Positions 22,752 to 34,779 of a DNA stretch of 64,000 bases are shown here, piece by piece (position 1 is the first letter of the stretch; each line of letters begins with the position of its first letter). Under the pieces are notes generated by a model. That model ran no database searches and had not been told where the DNA came from. It worked only from the letters and a program-made list of their open reading frames with translations. Where the stretch lies: positions 2,578,689 through 2,642,688 of the forward strand of contig JAUPSS010000007.1 in NCBI GenBank assembly GCA_040285825.1, in the 5' to 3' direction. This DNA is from Eukaryota sp. TZLM1-RC (Eukaryota > Protista > Metamonada: BaSk clade). Position numbers and translations under genes: made by a program.

Positions 22752-22850
22752 TTATTTATTGAACTTGCACACTTAACAAAATTAATTCATAACTAATGAA
22801 ACGAAATTCTCGGAACCAAGATTTCCTCTACAAAATCCTGATCTGCTTGC
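22752..22850 (-). mobile_element. Extremely 5'-truncated family B copy with target-site duplication
   Basis: Family B 3' end flanked by GCATGTAAAT at 22742-22751 and 22849-22858. Confidence 0.75.
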
Positions 22851-22955
22851 ATGTAAATCCTTTATAATAAGAACCTCATCCTTATCTATTTGTCTATTTA
22901 TTTATATATTTATTGTTGTTTAGTTTCTCGTTCGAATTAAATTAAATTACAGGAA

Positions 22956-25900
22956 TTTTTTTTTAATATATTGCAATTTATTAAAGAATCAAATAAAAAC
23001 AAAACAAACTAAAACACATAAGAAACTAAATTCTCCATGCCAACTCTTGATGAATCCTTATACAGCTTGAACATCATTAAATTTAAGTATTTGGGAACAC
23101 TTCTGTACAAAGCGAAAATGATACGATTTTTCCATAAATTCTCTGCAAAATTCTTACCACTTGAACGACATAAATTACCAAAATCATTGATGAAATTCAA
23201 GGCGGATTGTCCAATGTTGCCAAAAATCGAAAAGGCAAAAGGAACAAACGAAAACTTCGAATAAAGGTTCTTATTTAAATCATTTAATATCTCAGTATAT
23301 TTATCTCTCTTACGATCTTCAGCCTTGTTTAAATGACCATGACAACTAAGTAAAACATCATCGCGATAAACAAAAGCAAAGGGATCAACTGTAGTGAAAT
23401 CAACAACAATTTGAGAAGAATCCACAAAAGGAGCAATTAAATCACCTCGACGTGAATTAAAAAGATTATCATCACTATAATGCTTCAACAAAGGTTCTTT
23501 GCAACTAAAATTGTAACACTTGAACATCTCATATGTCACATCACGAACAGCATTATGAAGAACTGACCTATATTGGAGAAATTTCTTACAGCTCACACTA
23601 TGACGAAAATTGGCAGTAGGTTTTTTGTTGCAAATACAATAAGAATTGTCCAAAAGACCACTTGGATACATCCCTAATCTCAACCGCATGTTTTGTTTCC
23701 AAGCTTCATTTGTTAAGTGAAGACCAAATGGCCTTGGTTGCTGAGATATTAAACTAGTACAGTTCTGAATGTCTGATAAAAAGGCAGCAAAGACGGGATT
23801 ATTAATCTTAGTCACACTAAGTCGTTTAGAAAAATCCAGGTCTTCAAAACCAATAAGAACAGACTTCTGTAATTTCACAACAGCAAGATGAAGGTTGGTG
23901 AAAGATCTCGAAGGCACAGCAGGCAAACTTGAAGGAAAACTCCTATTCCAAATATCAACAGGTAGTTCTTGCACCATTTTTTCAAGAGAAATTAATAAAG
24001 GATGTGATTCATTTAAAGGAATATGATCAAAACGAAGTTTCCATTCAAAAGAAAATTTTTCATACCACCAATAAAAGCACTTTTGCATAAATACTCTGCT
24101 TTTGAAAAACCAACTCCACCAAATTTAGGACTAAAAAATGCATGATAAGGAATTTTAGATGGACAAACTTCTACTAAATTTCCTAAGAAATTTGTTCTCA
24201 AAGTATTGAATTGACGTGCAAAATCATGAGAAATTGTGGGAGATAAAGAACGAAGAAGATGATTAATTTTTGATCCAAAACACACATTTAGAACCGAAAA
24301 CACCAAATGTTTGTCAATTTCTAGATCTTGAATAGCCAAAAGTTGCTCTTCGATTTTTTCCAAAATACCTGACAAAATCGATTTAACTTTTTCACTATTT
24401 CCAAAATAAGATCCAAGAAACCGAATAGCATCTTCCTCGTAATCAACGTATTTGATAAAAGTTTCATTAAATGCCACCTGCGCATGCTGATTACCAATAA
24501 TGAAACACTTGGGCAATTTAATGTCTAACCCTATTTGTTTGGCCAGAAAAACAAAATGTTGTAAACCGTGTTGTAAAAGAGACAAAGGGCCAATAAGTGA
24601 TAAATCATCTGCATAAGCACATATATGAATGTCAGGAAAATCCGACTTAAATTTTACCAAAACTGATTGCAGTGCTAAGCAGAAGAAAAATGGACCCAAT
24701 GGATCCCCTTGTTTGACGCCTCTTGACGAAACAATATTCTCAGAATGGAAAATTAAGTTAGTGGGTGATCCATACATCAATTTAAAGTACGGCAAAAGTG
24801 GAGGATAGTGTAGTTCAAGTTCTTGCAAAATACTGGAGCGAAAAACGGAGTTGAAAGCATTTTTAAAATCAATGTTCAATAAATAATTTTCGCCTTTTTG
24901 ATTGAAAAGTAAATCTGTACACAACGCAGCACATGTTGTGCCATCAGGAATTCCGATAGCAAACTGATAAGGACGAAAAAAATTAATTGCGGATGACTTA
25001 ACTCTCTTAAAAGAAATAATTGCTAATAATCTCGTTATGGACTCACCAACAGCAATAGGTCTGACACCACCTCCAGGCTTATTTAAAGCAACTAAACGAG
25101 ATGCCATTAACGCTTGTGGTAACTTGAAACGTCCCATGATGACACTATTAAAAAAAGAAAACTAAATCATCCACGATTTCTGGACATATGTTGACTGCGG
25201 ACTTCAAATGATCATAACTAAGTCCAGAAGGCCCAGCAGAACGACCAGACGGAAGTCTTTTAATAGCTACACTAACTTCATCACAAGTGATAGGATTAGC
25301 AGTGAAGAAATCACGTTCATTATCAGAGACAATGTGATTTATGGTGAAGTCTTCAGGTGGATGAAGAGAATTTAAAGAATCCAAAGTTTCATCATTGAAG
25401 GCAGCAGGAGAAGAACCAGCCAATAATTTAAGTGCTGAAGAGTATTGTGAACGAAGAATCAAAGACTCAAAGCGTTTTTTGACATTTTTAGATTGTGGAA
25501 CCAACTTCTTATATTTAGATTTCTTGTGTGAAGACATAGCCTTAGAAAGAAAAAATTTCCAAAAAATCGAAGGATTCCAAATGCCCTTTCGAAGAGAGAA
25601 GGTTAAAGATCGAATAACTGTTGCAAGAGAAGACGAATGAGCAGGAGAAACGAATTGAGGGATTGCAAATGGAGGTCTACAAGGATCAATTGGCGTGCAA
25701 GAATCACAAACCAAAAGAGGTCGACCCGAAACATTGAATCCAGAAACTGGAGAACAACAGAACAAACATGATTTTGTATTACTACTGACTGAAGACGAAT
25801 GAAGTATATGTGGAGGCTCAATAGACTCAATAGGTGAAGATAATGATGCCAATACAGCTTCATCTGACAAAACTTTTCGCCGAGGACATGTTGTTTTTGT

Positions 25901-26060
25901 GTGACCAACAGTTTTGCACAAAGAACAGGTAGTCACAGAATTCTTAGGGCGTCCTCTAGAAGGTTTTGAAGTAACTGACTTCGGAGTCATAGATAAGCAT
26001 GGAGGGAGAAAAAACACGAAAATTTTATACATTATTTTTATTTTTTTTATTTTATACATT
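22956..26060 (-). mobile_element. Near full-length CRE-like RLE non-LTR retrotransposon (AT-hook, zinc knuckle, RT, CCHC, RLE; ~994 codons split by two 1-nt frameshifts)
   Basis: RGRPK, CSLCKTVGHTKTTC, RPIAVGE, DFKNAFNS, GVKQGDPLGP, AYADD, CIC...RHSVSC, HNAVRD, RGDL..VVDFT, AEDRKRDKY; AATAAA then A9 tail at 22956-22964. Confidence 0.92.
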
Positions 26061-27047
26061 TGACATCACTTTAAGAATTTGACAATATAGAAAAAAATAC
26101 AAATAGTAACAATATATAAGATGTAATTAATTTCGTAATTTAATTTAATTTTTCAATTTCGTAATTAAAATTCGTGTTATCAATGTAGTTGCATCCTTAA
26201 CGAATTAACATTCATAACAGAAATTTTGGTAACCTTGAAAAATCGATGTTTGTCAATATCCTCTTTATCCTGAACAATTATCGATTACAACAAGGATCAG
26301 TTCTCTATTCAAATAAAAATTCATACAATTATAACAAAAACAAAACAATTGACAGTTGTAAATTTAAAGCACACGTATTGAGTTAGTTGAATTGTTGCTC
26401 CCAGATAAGGTTCAGATTCGCTGGCTGTACCTTTTCATTGAAAAGATTATTGTGCAGGAGATAGAGAAGATACTTCTTTGCGTTACTTTTCCGTTTCATG
26501 AACGGAATTTCTTCGTCGTATACTGCAGAATAGACCATGCCCAGCTTCTTCAAAACCTGCGTAAACAGTGGAACCAAAGGGCCAAATTGATGACTACAAT
26601 CCCATTGGTGAACATCATAAAAAACAGGTACACATGCTTTACAGCAGCGAAGGAAATTGGTCTTATTTAAGCCTACTCTATGATAAGGTTGAACATTGCA
26701 ATCGGGAGGAAGAACATGATTTTCTAGTATAAGCGGAATGTTCTCAAATTTTCCACCACTGTACGAGGTACAGAAATCAGAGAACCGATTAAGTAAGTAA
26801 TTGCAGTGAACTTGAAGAAAATCAGTACTTGATGGTTGAAAACTCGGATGAACAGATTCAAATGACACCAAACTGGCACAGTTAGCCTCTCGCAATTGAT
26901 TCTGTATTCCTTCAGCCTGATCCACACGAATTTTAAATGAAGCTTTGTCGCCTTTAAAGGACCATTTGGTAAGCTTGGGTATGAATTTCACATTCATCAA
27001 AGAGGGAGGAAGGGAAGCCAAAACATTGGGCAACTGAGATATTGTTG

Positions 27048-28408
27048 TGTTGGCGCCCTAAGGCTTATATGTTATGATTAGAAAATAAATCAACTTTTCC
27101 TCATTGACTTTTCTTTACTACAATAGACTTTAGGCAACAATAATTATTGGCCATTTTAAAGTCAAAAGGTATATCATAACTCCAGCATTAGTGAACATCT
27201 CCAGACACTTTACAGCATGTCAGACATCTTCCAACCAGATATCTCTGACTCTAATCCCCCGCTTAATATGCAGCAGGTACCAGCGTCACATATACATGAT
27301 ATAGAGGGTAACGAGGCAACGGACCCGGATCCCACCTCCCCCTCCCTTAAAGTAGAAGAAGATGAAAGAGTGGACGAGGTCCCTCCATCTTCAGCAACAG
27401 AAGAGGTAACGAGAACGGACCTGGCTCCCTCTCCCCTCAAAGCAATGGAAGAGGTAACGAGAACGGACCTGGCTCCCTCTCCCCTCCCAATTGTAGAACC
27501 TGTCTCAAAGGGAACGGATGGAAATCCCACCTTAGACACGTCTTCTGCATTAGGAGAATATGAAGAAATTCACATAATCTAAATTTGATGAGATGGAAGG
27601 AGAAGATGACTCCAGTGATGGATCCTCCTAACAAGGACACAGAGCCTTACCTCGAATCAATGGACTTTTATTCATTCGAGTAGCTCTCTTCCTGATGGAG
27701 CCAAACACAAGAGAAGTCGACCAAAAACGAGGTTACGAGTAGAAACTCCACCTCCACTGTTATTGTACTAAAATGCAAAGATACGGTCTTTGTTCCTCTG
27801 ATATTTTTAGTCGTAAAGCCAGTACTTTAACAACAAAAGACGCCGCCTTCAAATTTCTGAAGTTTGTTACTTCGTTTACTGTTGCTTTGATCCAACATAG
27901 ACCCTGCAAGATCATTAGCGAATCCATTCTTCGATTCCATGATACCTTTACTAAACGACACTGCCACGTAACTCGTTTACGAAAAAGGGAAGAAGCAGAG
28001 CGCTTTATGTAGCGATTAAAACATACACAACAAAGTATTCAAACACACAGATCTTGGAACGAGGCCCTTTTCAGTTATTGCTTACTATCTTATACTAACA
28101 TTATTGTAGGAGAGTCATAGTACATCAATTGTCGATCTTAAAAATGTAAAACCAGTGTTTGTGCGAATCCCAATCACTACAGAGATAATTGTAGACAATA
28201 GAAAACAGTAGAATTCAGTATTTAGTTCTTAGTAATTTCAGTTATTTAGTTATTTGTTCATAGTTTTAGTATCATATTCATATAAGCTGATTTATTTTGA
28301 AAAAGGGAAGAAGCAGTGTTGGCGCCCTAAGGCTTATATGTTATGATTAGAAAATAAATCAACTTTTCCTCATTGACTTTTCTTTACTACAATAGACTTT
28401 AGGCAACA
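27048..28408 (+). mobile_element. Non-autonomous LTR retroelement (TRIM-like, 1361 bp)
   Basis: Identical 92-bp LTRs at 27048-27139 and 28317-28408 (TGTTG...CAACA), 4-bp TSD GTTG (27044-47, 28409-12), polypurine tract 28299-28316, no pol. Confidence 0.92.
27217..27582 (+). CDS. Acidic Pro-rich ORF inside the LTR element (possible Gag N-terminal relic)
   Basis: 121-aa ORF with a duplicated EEVTRTDLAPSPL. Confidence 0.4.
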   Translation: MSDIFQPDISDSNPPLNMQQVPASHIHDIEGNEATDPDPTSPSLKVEEDERVDEVPPSSATEEVTRTDLAPSPLKAMEEVTRTDLAPSPLPIVEPVSKGTDGNPTLDTSSALGEYEEIHII

Positions 28409-30929
28409 GTTGACTTAATCACAGCCAACTGAGCACGAATTTGAATTTCTCCAAGATATTCCTTTCTAAAAATAGAATCCTTTAAAACAAATCGTTCCAA
28501 AACAAACAGTGCTGATAACGTTTTAACAGATACTCTTTGAGATTCAGGATTATACGATGGTATAGGACAGGCAACACCACTTGGCATCAGACATTTCAAG
28601 CTAACTGACTTGGGGTATTTAGATTTGGAAACTTCAGGATCAGATGGTATTTTACAGACATCAACATCAAGTAAATCGGAATGGTAAAGAACATCTGCAT
28701 CATTACTTAAGTCTTGAGAGGTGAGATTAACAAAATAATAATTATCAGTTTTCTCCACCGCCTTTTGACGAGCGATTAATTCATCTACCTCTGGTTGAGC
28801 AGATGGAATTGTACATTGAACTGGTACAGAGTTTGCTGTTTGCAAGTTATACTTTTTCATCAATAACCACATGCTGAAGCATATAGTTACATCTTCAGAG
28901 CATGGGCTAAGAGGGTAACTATCACAATACCCGTACACTGGCAAGGAAGAAGACATTTTAGGATCATAAAGGGAAAGATTAGGTCCAAATAATTGGCAAA
29001 ATTCATTATTTGCAGAATCATATTGATTACCAAAGTCAACAAATCCACAAAGTTTTTCCAAGCAAAAGAACTCACCAACATGGGAAATGGGACAGTCTTT
29101 GCCCATGAAGTACTTTGTAATTGCTCCATTGGACAACAGAGCTTCTAGTAATGGATTAATTTCTCTATTATAATCAGTAATGAGTTCAACAATACTGGTA
29201 TCCGTGGCGAACGTAATGGTATCCGAAAGTGTTGTTGTTGAACAAGCATAAACAGCTACAATAGGATTCTCGAGATTGATGGAGTTGATAAGGTTGTTGA
29301 GAGCATCATTTATATTTTCATCCTTTGAGTTACATTTACAGACACTTACAGGATTCATTCCAGAGCACAACAGCTTATTGTTAATGCATTCTGCCAAAAT
29401 GGAGCAATAAGAGGTGATAATTGGATCAACAAAGTCCATACATGGTTCCACATTGAACATTGATTCATCCAAGGTGATCGTTTTGAATAAATCAAGGCTC
29501 AAAGGGTCATAGTCCACGATTTCAGCAAATGCGTAATAGGCAACTGTTAGATTATAAAGAGCAAACCTCTTTTGATTAGAGAATGAAAGAAACACGTCAG
29601 GAGCGTTACTACCGCCAACTGTTCTAAAGACAGCAAAACAAACTATTCTACTGGCCAGCTGGGCAAATTCAAGAGGTTCAATGGTACCAGAACATTTGAG
29701 GTAAGAGTACGCATTGCGGAGATTAATCTTGTCCAGATTCTTCACCTTAGTAAGTACTTTACATAGAAACTGAGTAAATAGAGAGATGGAGTTGAGCAAA
29801 AACTGTGGATCTTTGAATGAAGTTCTTGGTAAGAGCTTCCGGTCATTCTTTACTTCATGAACATCACAACAGAACAATTTGAGCTCACGGAGAGCAGTAA
29901 TAAAGCTCTTTGAATCTATTCTGGGTAAGTAGGTTCTAAAAGGAGTCCTTCTCGCAAGAGAGGAGTCTTTCAGATCAAACCACCTACGGAAATACACACA
30001 AGGACTTTCCAAGGGCGGTGGAACTCTTCCAATACCATATTGCTTCATTATGGAGTAGTTAAACGCAATGCAATATGCTTCAAGTGCAGCATAGTCTACT
30101 TGTTCTTGGGTTAGAGTCTCTGCACTCCAATTTGACATTGTAGTGGATTCATCCCTGGGAAGTAGACATTTGAAACCATGTGCTGCAAATGTACAAGCAG
30201 GGTGGGACGGTTTACCAATCTGTTCCACTCCCTGACCTGTTCGGTTTTGATAGAGCATTTCTATCGTCCTGAAACAGCCTTCAATATCGAAAACCGGGGA
30301 AACATTAACCTTCCAATACTTGTTCATACGTCCTAAGATCTCGTTCTTGGTCTTGAAGACTTTCAAAATGGAAGAGGTAAGAAGTTCTTTCAAGTGAGGA
30401 TTTAGAGTCTTTTGCTGATGAATCTGAATGACAACGCACATTGAAGGTGTACCTAATTGGAGGACATCAAGAAGATTATCACGCCATTCAGCATCAACCG
30501 ATATAAAAGGTTTAGAACTGCTCATGCTGCCCTTGAGCATCTCAACAACAGGGTAGATAAGATCATCATTATCTCTCGTAGAGAGAGAAGGTATAGGGGA
30601 ACGGGTTCAGCATCGTCTATGAACTGAATCATTCTCATAGGAGGCATAGCAGCCTCGTAAGCAGTGTTTGTAATAAGATCATCTTCTGAATCTGAGGATA
30701 GGTAAATCTGTGGTGATCACAAAGCATTAAGGATACCATTGTGGATAATGACAAAAATTTTGGTTTCTGACTCACAAAAACAAGAGTTATATTCCTGGAA
30801 CAGACACGGTTTACAACTCAAACAAAACCTTAATTAATATTTCAACACACTCAATATTCCATCAATTGAATGACGGGAGATTTTTGATATTCACTTGAAT
30901 AGCAACTCGCTTGTTATAAAACTCTGTAA

Positions 30930-31531
30930 TGTTATTCAAAATGAAGTTAATATAACAAGGAAGAGCTTTCAATAGCAAGAATACAATTCTGTTCTTCCAA
31001 ATCAAAAAATCAAATGTACGATTATTTTCTTTGAGAAGTTTTCCAAAATCATCTAAAAAGTTGAGATCTCCCTATGAGACCAGAAATAGAAATAGCAATT
31101 GAGACAAATTTAATGTTTCTGCCTCTTGAGCCATTGAGATGTTGAAGAAAAGCTTCGTACTTTGATTTCAAGGAAAGCTCTGTAACTTTGAGTCAATGTT
31201 GAATGTCAGAATTGGAACTTCTTTTCTGTGGAGACACAGTAGTACAATCGATAATTAGTTCAGTTCCATCATACCAAGCACAATGAATATCACCTAGTTT
31301 TTGGCTCAAACTGAATGCTAATTCATCAAACAGACGTTCTAAACAAACATGATGATGAGCAGATTTTGACAGATCATAAATACAATCACGTACCGCATTA
31401 TGGACAATTGATCCTTTTTGAGTGAATTTAGAGCAGGAAATTATTTGATCGAAAGAAACATAAACACCACATTTGTTGTTGTTGAACTTAAATTGATTTA
31501 GTAGGTTTCTGTGTATTTCGACTGATGACAT
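30930..31531 (-). mobile_element. Decayed RLE non-LTR fragment
   Basis: VHNAVRD, LGDIHC..LIIDCTTV, and downstream W.NRI.F-like sequence. Confidence 0.65.
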
Positions 31532-32767
31532 GATACTCGTTTATGAATCAGTTTTATCAATAATCTTAGATTTCCTCTCTTTCCTTCGTGTGTTCATCTG
31601 CCTAACGGCACCACATTTACATTTCATATTTGATAAGTTTTGAGAACGAGGCAAATTAGGTCTAATTCGCATTACAATCAAAATTTGAATGTCTAAAGAC
31701 AGTAATCCAAAACTCACAAGATGTGATTGTCACGTGACAACTGAATATGAAATATATCTCGTTATAATGACATCTCTTTAATTATGATTGATACATCTGC
31801 CTTCGAATTTTTCTTCAAGAATTGCTTCTCCAAGTTCGATCCGCGGTCAACCCAATTTTCCCTCTTCGTTTCTCCTAATTAAAAATACATTTTGTTACAA
31901 TGATCAAAATGTTTCTCAAAAGGGATGAACGGATTAACTGTCTTTAATTGTGTAGTCGCAATTAAAATTGAAAAATAAAATTGATAAATATAAAAGAAGT
32001 TTTTTCTTGAATGCCGTATCACACACTCATTTTGTACCTTGTCCATTTCATTTTCCCTACTTGCTCCCTTGAAACAATTGCTTTATTTCTTAAATGATTT
32101 CATTGAAATTGTGACACAATGTACACAATGAGTTTTCGACAAAACTTCTTGGCAGAGCAGATTGATATTTTAACGGTGTTGTCCCCTGGTTACTTTCTGC
32201 TTTGTAATCTTTTGGTCGGTTTTATGAAAGAAAATCTTCCAGTCAATTCTTTTTGGCTGATTTGGTGTGTGACGATACAGAATTTCAATTTCTTGTTTTA
32301 ATTTTTCCTTGAAATAAATTTATGTAGAAAAAAAACCCGAGCTCAACTAATTGAAATTTTTTTCGATAATTCCCGATTGTTGCCTCGCAATTCATTTGAA
32401 GTATTTTCCTCATCAATATTCTGCTCTGAAATTGAGTGAAGTAATGACAACAACAATGTTGGTGAGAATATATCACTAAGTCTTTTTCATCTCATATCTT
32501 ACATCTTATGTGACCACAGAAAAAACAAGGGATAGATTGCTGATATCACTGCATAATGTATGCGTCAGAATTTCATATGATAAAATCAATTTCACGATCA
32601 TTTACATGAATTCAATTTTCTTTTATCCTGGTAAACTATGGAAAGAGTCATATAAAAGTGAAAATTTGCATTCATTTGATTGAGAGATAATTCAAGACAA
32701 AACAATATGAAAACGATAAACTTTATACAAATACTGATACATAAACAAGCTAAATGACAGATAACAC

Positions 32768-34646
32768 CTAAAGAGCTGCTGCCATATCTGCCAGCATTGA
32801 ATCAAATGCGTCAGGATAACGTCCAAGACCTTGGATAAACTGCTTCATTCGCTCAATTTCAGCTCTCCATTGTTCGGTGTCAAGAGAGAGAATTTGCTTG
32901 AGTTCATCTTCAGGGATTGACAATCCTTCAAGATTGAGTTCTTTGGGAGAAGGAACCTTTCCAAGTGTAGAAATTTCTTCATTAGAATCGCATTGCTTCA
33001 AGATCCAATCGATAACACGTACATTGTCACCAAAACCTGGCCAAATGAACTTGTTATCATCATTACGTTGGAACCAATTAACCAAAAAGATCTTGGGAGC
33101 CTTATCTCCAAGCATCTTTCCAATCTTGAGCCAATGGGCAAAGTAATCACCTGCATGATAACCAATGAAAGGTTTCATTGCAAATGGATCAACCCCAACA
33201 ACGCCTCTTTTTTGATCCTGCGCAGCAGTGGATTCAGAGGCAATGGTGGAAGCCAGCAAAACACCATGTTCCCAGTTCTGGGACTGGAGGCAGATAGGAA
33301 CCGTGTCGTTACGACGACCACCAAACAAAAAGGCATCAACTTTGACACCCTTTGGGTTTTCAAATTCTGGATCAATAATTGGACACTGAATAGCAGGGCA
33401 AGTGTATCTGGCATTAGGGTGAGCAGCAGTTGTGGTTGATTCGGGGGTCCATTCGTTACCCTTCCAATCAATCAATTTTGATGGAACTTCTTCAGTCATT
33501 CCTTCCCACCAAACATCACCCTTCTCCTCATCAAAAGCGCAATTAACAAACATACAGTTCTTCTCCAAGCCCGTCATAACATGAGGATTAGTCTTGTAAG
33601 AAGTACCAGGGGCGACACCAAAGAATCCATTTTCAGGATTGACACCACGAAGAACACCTTCATCGTCGACCTTGAGCCAAACAATGTCATCACCCACACA
33701 GCTAGTCTCATATCCAGGAATGGTGGGGAGCAGCATGGCAGCATTAGTTTTACCACAAGCAGACGGGAAGGCACCGAGGACATATCGTTTTTCAGCATCA
33801 TTTGGACCTTTGACACCAAGAATAAAGCAATGCTCGGCTAACCGGCCAGCTGAATCATCATTTTTGGCTTTAATTGAGGCAATCCTGAGAGCAAAACATT
33901 TCTTACCAAGAAGGGAATTACCCCCATAACCAGAACCGAATGAAACAATGGATTCGTTGCCGGGCTTCGTAAAGTGGACGATATGTCGTTTATCAGGATT
34001 ACATGGCCAGGTGACGTCTTCTTGGCCATCGGGTAAAGGACTTCCTACAGAATGAACACAGGGGACGAAATCAGCCTCTCCAATGTAGTTATAGACAGAA
34101 GATGAGACACGGGCCATAATAGCCATGTTTACAACTACATATGCACTATCCGTAATTTGGATGCCATATTGAGAGAGATCTGATCCAAGTGGACCCATGG
34201 AAAACGGAATGACGTACATCTCACGACCGACCATACAGCCATCAAATAGACCAGAAAGAGTGTCGCGCATAGCTTCAGGATCTGCCCAATTATTGAGAGG
34301 TCCGGCTTCATCCTTAGTTTCAGAGCAAATAAAAGTACATTTCGGATTACGGGCTACCTATGGTAAACAAAACACGTAGACATACGTCACGAGGGTCTGA
34401 TCGAGCCAAATATGAGTTAGGACGTGCAGGAATAGCCTGACAACTTCCTCTTTCACACAGAAGAGTTTTCAACTCAAGCAATTGGGATTCGGAGCCATCA
34501 ATCCAAACCAAAGACTTTGGCTTGCAAAGATCGACTGCTTGTTGAACAAAATCAATGACAACAGCATTATCAATGGGACAACTGTCATTGACGTTGAGAA
34601 TGTTGCGATTGGGAGAAGCTAAAGGCCACTTAGATGAGACTACCAT
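32768..34646 (-). CDS. GTP-dependent phosphoenolpyruvate carboxykinase, 2 exons; intron 34358..34385
   Basis: SFGSGYGGNSLLGKKCFALR, AFPSACGKTN, VGDDI, NPENGFFGVAPGT, IWPGFGDN; splicing restores SDPRDVAR. Confidence 0.95.
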
Positions 34647-34779
34647 TTACAATTGTGAGGTAATAATCTGATCGTCAAAGCGTCACATTGTACAAGTAGA
34701 AGGTCGTGTACATTCTAGAAGGTTAAGAGATTTCCTTGGAATTTACACCAAATTGACACAGTCTCTGACAGACATCACC

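Larger units (their letters stand above)
26383..30739 (-). pseudogene. Multicopy tandem exonuclease-domain gene, copy 2 (disrupted)
   Basis: Colinear with 53767..56759; interrupted by the LTR element at 27048-28408 and a +2 (CT) slip near 30585; keeps the 29-nt first intron (30708-30736). Confidence 0.88.

Noticed and set aside
22935-26150. 16-bp inverted repeat (AATTAAATTAAATTAC / GTAATTTAATTTAATT) flanking the CRE-like element
   Set aside because: Low-complexity AT sequence; non-LTR elements do not use TIRs
27402-27487. Short direct repeats resembling a CRISPR-like array
   Set aside because: Only two units, in-frame coding duplication, eukaryotic context, no cas genes
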